Positions 56,110 through 64,000 of a DNA stretch of 64,000 bases are shown here, in pieces (the stretch's first letter is position 1; each line of letters opens with the position of its first letter). The DNA lies in NCBI GenBank assembly GCA_965226055.1, contig CBDDCA010000003.1, positions 19,954 to 83,953 of the forward strand. Direction: 5' to 3'. The translations under genes and the position numbers were made by a program. The stretch comes from Spirochaetia bacterium (GTDB lineage Bacteria; Spirochaetota; Spirochaetia; WTKD01; G963693115). The notes under the pieces were generated by a model that had not been told where the DNA came from, did not search any database, and was given only the letters and a program-made list of their open reading frames with translations.

Positions 56110-56901
56110 ATGGAACATACACATTTAGAACATACAGATGATCAGAAACATATTTCTGATAAAGAGCGTTCGGTACAGAGCCATATACATGTCTCTGTAG
56201 AACATTTTGACGGACCTTTAGATATATTGCTTTTATTAGTACAAAAAAATAAAATTGATATTTATGATATTCCTATAGCTGAAATAACAGAGCAGTATCT
56301 TGTTTTTTTACGTGAGTTAGTAGAAAAGGATCTTGAAAATCTCACTGAATTTTATAAAATGGCAACATTGTTGTTATACATAAAATCTCGTATGTTACTT
56401 CCTCTTCAACACGTTGATGATTTAGAAGAAATGGAAGATCCACGCACAGAACTTGTAGATAAACTCATAGAATATCAAAAATTTAAGAAACTCTCAGGCT
56501 TATTACAAAAACAATTATATGAATCTCCACCATTGCTTTTACGAAAAGAACCTGATACACTGCCACTTACTGCTCCAACTGAGTTAGAGTGGAAAGAGAT
56601 GACTCCATTAAGTCTGCTCCAATCTTTCTTAAAGATAGTTGATTCTAATAAGGAAGTAGAAAGAATAATAGACTTACATGAAGAAGTAACAATAAAACAA
56701 AAAATTACTGTTATATATGAACTTATGGAAAAGCACAAACAATTTACTTTTAGTGATATCGTTGGTACAAAAAGTATACTCTCATTAGTATGTAGCTTGC
56801 TTGCTGTATTAGAACTGTTAAAACAACAAGTTATACGTGCAATACAAAAACAATCGTATGGTATTATATACTTACAAAAGAAAGAAACAGTACTACCATA
56901 A
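56110..56901 (+). CDS. scpA: Segregation and condensation protein A
   Basis: 263 aa. FDGPLDILLLLVQKNKIDIYDIPIAEITEQYL is characteristic of the family. scpB is downstream. Confidence 0.85.
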   Translation: MEHTHLEHTDDQKHISDKERSVQSHIHVSVEHFDGPLDILLLLVQKNKIDIYDIPIAEITEQYLVFLRELVEKDLENLTEFYKMATLLLYIKSRMLLPLQHVDDLEEMEDPRTELVDKLIEYQKFKKLSGLLQKQLYESPPLLLRKEPDTLPLTAPTELEWKEMTPLSLLQSFLKIVDSNKEVERIIDLHEEVTIKQKITVIYELMEKHKQFTFSDIVGTKSILSLVCSLLAVLELLKQQVIRAIQKQSYGIIYLQKKETVLP

Positions 56902-56927
56902 AAAAACAGAGAAAAAGAGAAAAGAAC

Positions 56928-57524
56928 ATGAATCCTCAAGAACAAAAGAAGAAAAAAGAAAGAACAACTAAGAAAGGTACTACGGTACTCATAAAAAAGC
57001 TGGAAGCTATTTTATTTTTAGAAGGCAAATACAGTCATAAAAAAGAGCTTGCAGAAAAACTTTCTTGCAGTATAGAAGAGCTTGATCACGCAGTATTGGT
57101 ACTTACTGATATATACAAAAAAAATGGGCATGCATTTTGTATAGAACAGAATAAAAATAGTTTGATGCTCATGATCAATCGTAATGGCATTGAAGATGTT
57201 ATAGCTCCCTATGAAGGAATAAAAAAAGAAGGGTTGTCGCGTACAGTATTAGAAACATTGGCAATTATCGCCTACTCTCAGCCTATTACAAAATCGGAAA
57301 TAAATTCAATTCGCGGAGTAAACTCTAGTAATGCCATATCATATTTATTAGAGAAAAATATCATTGTCGTAGCAGGAAAACGTGCTATTCCAGGACAACC
57401 GAACGAGTATATTACTACTCCTGAATTTCTTACTATTTTTAAGCTCAGCAGTATTACCGAATTGCCTGCGTTAGAAGAAAAAGACAGAGCGTTGTTTGTG
57501 AAAACACATACAGAAGGAGAATAA
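56928..57524 (+). CDS. scpB: Segregation and condensation protein B
   Basis: 198 aa. LEAILFLEGK, YSQPITKSEINSIRGV and GQPNEYITTPEFL are present. Confidence 0.85.
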   Translation: MNPQEQKKKKERTTKKGTTVLIKKLEAILFLEGKYSHKKELAEKLSCSIEELDHAVLVLTDIYKKNGHAFCIEQNKNSLMLMINRNGIEDVIAPYEGIKKEGLSRTVLETLAIIAYSQPITKSEINSIRGVNSSNAISYLLEKNIIVVAGKRAIPGQPNEYITTPEFLTIFKLSSITELPALEEKDRALFVKTHTEGE

Positions 57525-57536
57525 TGTATATCCTAT

Positions 57537-58289
57537 ATGCATACAAATGAAGCAGAAACTACATCTACATATTCTCTGCGTTTAGATAGTTTTCTCTCTA
57601 AAGCAGGGCTTTGTTCACGAAGAAAAGCCAAGATATATATTGAACAAGGCAGTATTACGGTAAACAATACTGTTTGCAACGATGCATCGTATAGGGTATT
57701 TCCTCAGAGAGATCGTGTATTGCATAATAAACAAGTATATACGCTTGCAGAAAAAAAAGTATACTTTGTTTTTCATAAGCCACTAAAAGTAGAATCTACA
57801 AATCAAGTCCAGCGAGAACATTCACAGAGAAAGACAAGCCGTTCTTTTTTGCAGCATATATGCAATGGGCATCTTTTTTCAATAGGAAGGCTTGATTATC
57901 TTAGTACAGGATTACTTTTGTTTACCAATGATGGGGAGTTATGCTATAAGCTCACACATCCTAAATTTCAGGTAAAAAAAATATATCTTGTAAAAACAGC
58001 TACTCCTGTTTCAAAGTCTATTCTTGATACATGGAAACGAGGAATACGTATCAACAACATACTCTATACACTGCATTCGTATCATGAGCATCACAATAAT
58101 ACAGTCAAACTTACGTTATGTGAAGGGAAAAAAAGAGAAATACGTCAAGTGTTAGAGTATTTCTCATTAAAGGTACTGATGTTACATAGAACACAGTTTG
58201 CTAATATTACGTTGAATAATCTCGCTGTTGGTGATTATAGAGCCTTGACTTCTAAAGAACTACATATGCTAAAAAAAATGGTATCATAG
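57537..58289 (+). CDS. RsuA/RluB-family pseudouridine synthase
   Basis: 250 aa with an S4-like N-terminus (RLDSFLSKAGLCSRRKAK) and the catalytic GRLDYLSTGLLLFTNDG. Confidence 0.8.
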   Translation: MHTNEAETTSTYSLRLDSFLSKAGLCSRRKAKIYIEQGSITVNNTVCNDASYRVFPQRDRVLHNKQVYTLAEKKVYFVFHKPLKVESTNQVQREHSQRKTSRSFLQHICNGHLFSIGRLDYLSTGLLLFTNDGELCYKLTHPKFQVKKIYLVKTATPVSKSILDTWKRGIRINNILYTLHSYHEHHNNTVKLTLCEGKKREIRQVLEYFSLKVLMLHRTQFANITLNNLAVGDYRALTSKELHMLKKMVS

Positions 58290-58367
58290 CTTTTTTACAC
58301 TATACAACATATATCATATCTTGCTATACTGTATGTATAAAATGGATATACAAAATAGGTATACAAA

Positions 58368-60824
58368 ATGGTGAACGATATAGTCATAACTATTGATGGT
58401 CCAGCAGGGTCAGGAAAAAGTAGTATTGCTCGGTTATTTGAAGAGCGTCTTTCATTTAACAGCATTAATTCTGGTGCTTTTTATCGTTGCACTGCGTTCT
58501 TATTTTGTCATTTTGTGTCTGATACGGATCTTGATATACTATCTCAAACAAAAGATATACAAGTACATCTTTCTCATCTTCATACAATTATCAATATGTA
58601 TGTTCCCGCTATGCAATGGAAAAATCATACGATGCAATTTTTACATCCAATACAAATAAAAGAAAAAACATACACATCGGTATCTCATGATGAGCTTTTT
58701 TCTCAAAAGATAGATACATACGCATCGTTGCTCTCAACATACACAGCACTAAGACAAGCAATCAATACTCACATTCGTTATTATCTCAAAGCTGGAAAAT
58801 GGATTATTGAAGGACGTGATGCAGGCACACATATTTTTCCTGACACTAAATGGAAATTTTATCTTGATGCAGATATCAATACACGTATTCAAAGAAGGGT
58901 ACATCAATATTCTGGTGCAACAAAAACACAAAATAATGACACTGTTGCTCAAGCATTAGTAAAAAGAGATGCTTTAGATAAAAATAAGGGAGAATATAGC
59001 CTAAAAAGTAATAATAGTGAACTTTTTTATATAGATTCAACTGACAAAACACTTGAACAAATTTATGAAATAATGTATACTAACATAGTATTAAGTATGA
59101 GTGAACAAAAAATAAATAATACTACTAACCCTGTCGAAGTTGATGTCCCTGCCAACTTTGATCAAATGATTGATAATAGCTTTCAACGATTGCATGATGT
59201 ACAAAATATTCATCATGGAGATATAGTGAATGGTGAAATAATTAAGGTCACAGATAGTGATGTATTTCTTGATCTTGGCTTAAAAACCGAAGGAAGAATT
59301 TCAATTACTGAGTTTGAAAATGCTCATGTTGTCCCTACAGTAGGGGATAGCATTCAAGTATTTGTAATGAAGAATAACACTGATAATTTAAATGTTTCTT
59401 TTGCAAAGGCACAGGAATTACAGTCCATCAATGAATTACGCGAATCGTATCAGAATAACAAAATGGTGAAAGCTACAGTGAAGAGTGTTCATGCGCATGG
59501 CTTTATTGCTCAGATAGCAAGTTCAGTACAGGCATTTGTTCCAATTTCACAGATGGATACATTTCATATTTCTGAACAGCATGCACATAAATATGTTAAT
59601 AATGAATATGAATTTCTTATTCTTGAACTGTATAGAAATAAAAAATTGCAGCCTATTCTTTCCCGTAAAAAATTGCTTGTAGAAAGATATGAAAATGCAA
59701 AGAATGAGTTTATTTCACAGCATAAGGAAGGAGATGTAGTAAAAGGCACTGTAAAAACATTTACCTCTTTTGGCGTTTTTATAGACCTAGGAGGGTTTGA
59801 TGCTTTATTACATATATCTGACATTAGTTGGAAACATAGCGTACGTCCCACTGAAGCACTTAAAAAGAATGAGGAACATGAGTTTAAGCTGATTTCTATC
59901 AATGCTGAAACTAAAAAAATAGGCTTATCATTGAAGGCGTTACAGCCTGATCCTTGGGATAGTATTCAAACAAACTATCCTGTTGGGACCATAGTTCCAG
60001 GAAAAGTTATGAAAGTACTCAGTTATGGAGCTTTTATCTCAATAGATCAAGAAATTGAAGGCTTTATTCATATATCCGAAATGTCATGGTTAAAGCACAT
60101 AAAACATCCTAGCGAATTGTTAAAGCAAGGAAGTATTGTAAAATGTAAAGTTCTTCATATAGATAATGAAAAGAAACGTATCTCTTTAGGTCTTAAGCAG
60201 GCAGAGCGTAATCCATGGGAAACAGTTGATTCTTTGTATCCTGTAGGGTACAAATTACAGTTGCCTATTAAACGAGTAACGCCACAGGGAATTGTAGTGG
60301 AATTTGAAGAAGGGTATAGAGGTGTTATTGACAGTGAAAATATATCATGGAGTAAGCAACGACATAATTATAAACAAGGACAAAAAGTTGAATGTATAGT
60401 GCTTTCTCATGATAAAGAAAATTGTCATATCAATCTTGGCATTAAGCAACTAAGTGAAAATCCTTGGGAAAGCGACTTTTTAGGAGTAGGGAGATCTGTA
60501 GAAGGAGTTATTTCTTCTGTTACTGATTTTGGGGTATTTGTGCGGTTTCCTAATGGGGTAGAAGGGCTTATTCCAAAAAATAAAACTTTTGATACGAAGG
60601 AGCATAGTTCTTATGAGGATGTAAGGCCAAAGTTTAAGGTAGGAAAGCCAATTCAAGCAGTGATTGTATCTATTCAAAAAAATGAACAAAGATTATTACT
60701 GTCTGTACAAGCATTAAAAGAAATGATAGATCAACAAGAGTTAGAAAAGCATATGGTAAATGATGTAGAATCAGAACGTGCAATGAGTCTTGGTGATATA
60801 ATTGTAAGTGATAAAAATAGCTAG
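58368..60824 (+). CDS. Bifunctional cytidylate kinase / 30S ribosomal protein S1 fusion
   Basis: 818 aa. The N-terminal Cmk part has ITIDGPAGSGKSS and EGRDAGTHIFPD. Multiple S1 domains follow (G.VVKGTVKTFTSFGVFIDLGG.DALLHISD and similar). Confidence 0.85.
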   Translation: MVNDIVITIDGPAGSGKSSIARLFEERLSFNSINSGAFYRCTAFLFCHFVSDTDLDILSQTKDIQVHLSHLHTIINMYVPAMQWKNHTMQFLHPIQIKEKTYTSVSHDELFSQKIDTYASLLSTYTALRQAINTHIRYYLKAGKWIIEGRDAGTHIFPDTKWKFYLDADINTRIQRRVHQYSGATKTQNNDTVAQALVKRDALDKNKGEYSLKSNNSELFYIDSTDKTLEQIYEIMYTNIVLSMSEQKINNTTNPVEVDVPANFDQMIDNSFQRLHDVQNIHHGDIVNGEIIKVTDSDVFLDLGLKTEGRISITEFENAHVVPTVGDSIQVFVMKNNTDNLNVSFAKAQELQSINELRESYQNNKMVKATVKSVHAHGFIAQIASSVQAFVPISQMDTFHISEQHAHKYVNNEYEFLILELYRNKKLQPILSRKKLLVERYENAKNEFISQHKEGDVVKGTVKTFTSFGVFIDLGGFDALLHISDISWKHSVRPTEALKKNEEHEFKLISINAETKKIGLSLKALQPDPWDSIQTNYPVGTIVPGKVMKVLSYGAFISIDQEIEGFIHISEMSWLKHIKHPSELLKQGSIVKCKVLHIDNEKKRISLGLKQAERNPWETVDSLYPVGYKLQLPIKRVTPQGIVVEFEEGYRGVIDSENISWSKQRHNYKQGQKVECIVLSHDKENCHINLGIKQLSENPWESDFLGVGRSVEGVISSVTDFGVFVRFPNGVEGLIPKNKTFDTKEHSSYEDVRPKFKVGKPIQAVIVSIQKNEQRLLLSVQALKEMIDQQELEKHMVNDVESERAMSLGDIIVSDKNS

Positions 60825-60838
60825 TTTTTTTTTGTAAT

Positions 60839-62389
60839 ATGAGTAAATTCCAAAATTTAAATCTTGATAGATTACATCAGCTTATCAATGTAAATCTTAC
60901 CGTTACTGAAAATTACGATAATTTTGAAGTTGTCCTTCAACGGTTACTTCATGCCATTGAGATGATTACAAATTGTGAAGTAACATCTTTTTTATTGTAT
61001 GATAATGAAACAAAAAATCTTACCTTTAGATTAGCGAGTGGTAAAAATACTCATGAGCTTCTTGGACTTGTTGTTCCTAATGGAAGAGGAATAGCTCATA
61101 CTGCTATTCGTGATAAAAAAGGGATGATAATCAATGATATGGATGAGGTAAAGGATAAGCATTATACAGAGATAGATAAAATATTAAATTTTAAGACAAT
61201 AAATCTTATGGCTTTTCCTATGTTAGATCATAATGGGGAAGTAATAGGGGTAGTAGAAGCATGTAATAAGAAAAATAATGAAAATTTTACTAATGAGGAT
61301 TATCAAATTTTACTCATTTTTTGTCAAACAGCTGAACGGGCGCTGAGGCATACTATTAAAATAGCAAATCTTAGAAAAAAATTAGATTTTGCTAATAGAA
61401 AATTGACTGATTTATCGCATCCTTCGTTTGTGTATGGAAGCAAAGAGTCAGAAACAAAGTTGACTTTTGCAAAGAAGATTGCAGACTCACAGTCTCGAGT
61501 ACTCATCTATGGTGAAAGAGGTACAGGGAAAACAAACTTAGCAACACAGATTCATCGATTTAGTAACAGAAATGATAAGCCTATTGAGTATATTAACTGT
61601 GTAGATCTATCGTTATTAAAAAATGAACAAGAACAGTACATACATATTTTTGGTGCAAAGAAAAATACTAAACTAGGAATACGAAATGATATACAAGGGA
61701 TTTTTGAATTAGCTACAGGAGGCACTGTAATATTGCAAGAGATTGGCTATCTTCCATTGTTTATTCAAGAAAAAGTTATGCTCCTTATAAAATTTGGTCA
61801 TATAACTCCCTATGGATCAGATAGCAATAAGTCAGTCAATGTTCGAGTTCTTGTTACTACTTCTCAAAAACTTGAAGAGCTTGTTGAATTGCATAAATTT
61901 CAAGAAGATTTATTTTATTTACTGAACTCTGTTAATATTTCAATTTCACCATTAAGTGCTCGAAGAGAAGACATAGTACCAATAACAGAGTATTTTTTTA
62001 AGAAATGTGTGAGTGAAAGTAGAAAGGTTATTACCAGTATTGAACCAAAAGTATTGTATATTCTAAAAAGTTATTCATGGCCTAATAATGTAGCTGAATT
62101 GTATAATGTTATACAAAGAGCTGTGTGGAATTGTGATGAAACTACTTTACGGATTCATCATATTGCTCTCCATAATTTTGGTTCTAATGATGCTGATGGA
62201 ATAAAAAAGAAAGAGCCTTTTGTTACCTTACAAGACGGAATAAATGAATTTAAGAAGAGGTATATTTATCAAGTATTACTCCATAATGGTTGGAGTTATA
62301 CAAAATCAGCGAAAGTTCTTAAGATTCAACGTTCATATCTTTCTAAGTTAGTGAAAATGTATAACTTAAAATCAGGGGATGAAAAATAG
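60839..62389 (+). CDS. GAF-domain, bEBP-like (NtrC-family AAA+) transcriptional regulator with degenerate sigma54-contact and Walker B motifs
   Basis: 516 aa. Walker A is GERGTGKT. FQEDLFYLLN, PLSARREDI and a C-terminal Fis-type HTH (SYTKSAKVLKIQRSYLSKLV) are present. The GAFTGA position reads NTKLGI, and Walker B reads VILQEIG. Confidence 0.7.
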   Translation: MSKFQNLNLDRLHQLINVNLTVTENYDNFEVVLQRLLHAIEMITNCEVTSFLLYDNETKNLTFRLASGKNTHELLGLVVPNGRGIAHTAIRDKKGMIINDMDEVKDKHYTEIDKILNFKTINLMAFPMLDHNGEVIGVVEACNKKNNENFTNEDYQILLIFCQTAERALRHTIKIANLRKKLDFANRKLTDLSHPSFVYGSKESETKLTFAKKIADSQSRVLIYGERGTGKTNLATQIHRFSNRNDKPIEYINCVDLSLLKNEQEQYIHIFGAKKNTKLGIRNDIQGIFELATGGTVILQEIGYLPLFIQEKVMLLIKFGHITPYGSDSNKSVNVRVLVTTSQKLEELVELHKFQEDLFYLLNSVNISISPLSARREDIVPITEYFFKKCVSESRKVITSIEPKVLYILKSYSWPNNVAELYNVIQRAVWNCDETTLRIHHIALHNFGSNDADGIKKKEPFVTLQDGINEFKKRYIYQVLLHNGWSYTKSAKVLKIQRSYLSKLVKMYNLKSGDEK

Positions 62390-62467
62390 TATAGCAACGG
62401 ACGAAGAATGATGGCAATAGTATATGACATATAATTAAATTTTTGAAGGAATGGAGAAACACAAAGC

Positions 62468-63274
62468 ATGGCAATGAATTACGAATCGCATAATACACTT
62501 GAATTTTTTATCTCAAAGTATAAGTGGGTGTTTATTATTGCGTTTATAGTGCTTATTATTATAGGAATAAGCGTGCTATTTATTACACAACAAAGCAATA
62601 CAAAGAGTATAGAGGCTACTATAGCATTTGAAGCTCTTGAGGAAGATTACGAAAATTTTACTCAAGATTATAGTTTGTATGAAGATCACAGTGATACTAT
62701 TGATACGGAAAAAATGGATACATTGATACAAAGCTATAAAGAGATAACGCAAAAATATCCTAGGGAAACTGTGGCGCAAAAATCATTTCTTAATATAGGT
62801 ACTATCTATGCTATAGATAAGAAAAATGAGGAAGCGCTTCAATATTTTTCTCTTGCGGTACAAAATGGGTCTATTGCGTATCGTACCTATCTGACTCCTC
62901 GTGCTTTGTTTAATGTTGCTGCTATGCAGGAAAATGCAGATGCCCCTATGGAAGCGATTGCTACATATCAACGTATTATCAATGAATATCCAACTGATTT
63001 GATTGCTCCTCATGCTATGTTTAATATAGCAAGAATAAATGAACAAATAAATGAGACTTCAATAGAAGCTATTGGCTATTACCAACTAATAATAGAGAAC
63101 GAAGATTGGAAAGATTCGGAATGGGTAAGCATTGCTAAAAGTCGCTTAGCTCTTTTACAAAAACTTGTAGATGAAGATACAGATGAAACTATAGACGATG
63201 CAAAGAATGAAGAAAGCACAGACGAAGCCACTGATGAAACTATGGATGAAGACAGCACAAACGAAAATCAATAA
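62468..63274 (+). CDS. Membrane-anchored TPR-like protein with acidic C-terminal tail
   Basis: 268 aa with an N-terminal TM helix (WVFIIAFIVLIIIGISVLFI), TPR-like helical repeats (AQKSFLNIGTIY...ALQYF) and a D/E/T-rich tail. Confidence 0.55.
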   Translation: MAMNYESHNTLEFFISKYKWVFIIAFIVLIIIGISVLFITQQSNTKSIEATIAFEALEEDYENFTQDYSLYEDHSDTIDTEKMDTLIQSYKEITQKYPRETVAQKSFLNIGTIYAIDKKNEEALQYFSLAVQNGSIAYRTYLTPRALFNVAAMQENADAPMEAIATYQRIINEYPTDLIAPHAMFNIARINEQINETSIEAIGYYQLIIENEDWKDSEWVSIAKSRLALLQKLVDEDTDETIDDAKNEESTDEATDETMDEDSTNENQ

Positions 63275-63293
63275 ATATGGTAATATAATAGAG

Positions 63294-64000
63294 ATGAAAA
63301 GAAAGTATTCTTTGTTTCCTTTTAGAGCTCAAAATATACCGTTACTGTTAGTACTCTTTTTTCTGATTATTTCTTCTTGCGGTGTTCCTACCATTATCTT
63401 ATTTAATGCTGCAGAAGTTATAACAGACGCAGGGGCTAAAACGATAACTATTGTTCATAATAGCAGTAATGATGCATTACCATCTGTAAAATTTATAGGA
63501 TATGAAGTATACTATAAAATATATAAATCTAGTGATATTGACAAGAGAGCAGAGGATAAAAATTATATTACAGATACTTCTGCGAGAGTCCCTTCCACTT
63601 CTGTCTTAACTTCAAAAAATTTTCTTAAACTGAAAGTCGTAAACTTTAGTGCAGATGAAAATAAGTTTAATGATACTACTGATACCCCTAATGTTGCTAT
63701 AAACAGCTCTAATCAACGAGTAATCTTAGATTTTGGTGTATCTAATCCAAGTGAGTATTCATACACTGCTGGAACAACAGGGGAATTTTATGGCTATCAG
63801 GCCCTCCTTATTAACCAAAACAACAGCACAGAAGTATTACATAGAAACCTCAATACTACCACTAAACCATTTTTTGATACACAGACTAACACATCTTTCA
63901 GTAGTTCCGATTACGATGTAAGAAAGATGATATCTTCTTTTAATAACGATACATTAGAACTTGTTATTGCAGTTATTCCTTATGGCATAAACCTTGCTAA
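63294..64000 (+). CDS. Putative lipoprotein (partial, runs off window end)
   Basis: I read an open frame from ATG 63294 to the end of the window (not in the ORF track because it has no stop). The N-terminus MKRKYSLFPFRAQNIPLLLVLFFLIISSC has a lipobox. Confidence 0.55.
   Translation, partial: MKRKYSLFPFRAQNIPLLLVLFFLIISSCGVPTIILFNAAEVITDAGAKTITIVHNSSNDALPSVKFIGYEVYYKIYKSSDIDKRAEDKNYITDTSARVPSTSVLTSKNFLKLKVVNFSADENKFNDTTDTPNVAINSSNQRVILDFGVSNPSEYSYTAGTTGEFYGYQALLINQNNSTEVLHRNLNTTTKPFFDTQTNTSFSSSDYDVRKMISSFNNDTLELVIAVIPYGINLA

Noticed and set aside
1-64000. Search for tRNA, rRNA, tmRNA, riboswitch-like or transposase/IS features
   Set aside because: I could not recognise any conserved T-loop/acceptor patterns, rRNA segments, IS terminal inverted repeats or transposase ORFs by eye. 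Absence should be confirmed with tRNAscan-SE, Infernal and ISfinder.

Overview
AT-rich bacterial chromosome segment. Gene content and synteny suggest a spirochete (inference): tamB-bamA-skp, a cmk-rpsA fusion, relaxed L-x-x-C lipoboxes. I could not find any rRNA, tRNA, CRISPR array, transposase or integrase by eye. The window has four blocks. (1) 1-10.8 kb is a same-strand defence island. It holds a Type III R-M system in unusual res...mod order. A Fic gene overlaps the res stop codon (ATGA), followed by a truncated RhuM-like fragment. mod is split by a frameshift at an A6 tract. A GmrSD-like DUF262/DUF1524 gene and an RloC/PrrC-like AAA_13 ATPase follow. The genes are separated by three copies of a junction module made of a fic 3' end plus 41-bp palindrome-containing tandem repeats. 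(2) 10.9-21.5 kb holds a HisD-family dehydrogenase and an SDR. These converge on a sugar-type ABC uptake operon that has no ATPase gene and carries three paralogous tandem SnoaL/NTF2-like proteins. (3) 21.5-38.35 kb is a paralogous family of predicted surface lipoproteins. It has two giant genes (2103 and 2198 aa) with 16 and 17 FN3-like 363-bp repeats, one FN3+DUF285 gene, and two deletion remnants. The family shares 5' leader modules (a 13-codon uORF and promoter-like hexamers whose spacer is a variable poly-T tract) and shares 3' hairpin modules. It looks like a contingency or antigenic-variation locus. (4) 38.4-64 kb is core housekeeping: yebC, ruvCAB, tmk, tamB-bamA-skp, mutS, prs, recA with a repeat-extended acidic tail, scpAB, rluB-like, cmk-rpsA, a degenerate sigma54-activator-like regulator, a TPR protein and a partial lipoprotein. 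All family assignments rest on motifs read from the translations. No database search was run.
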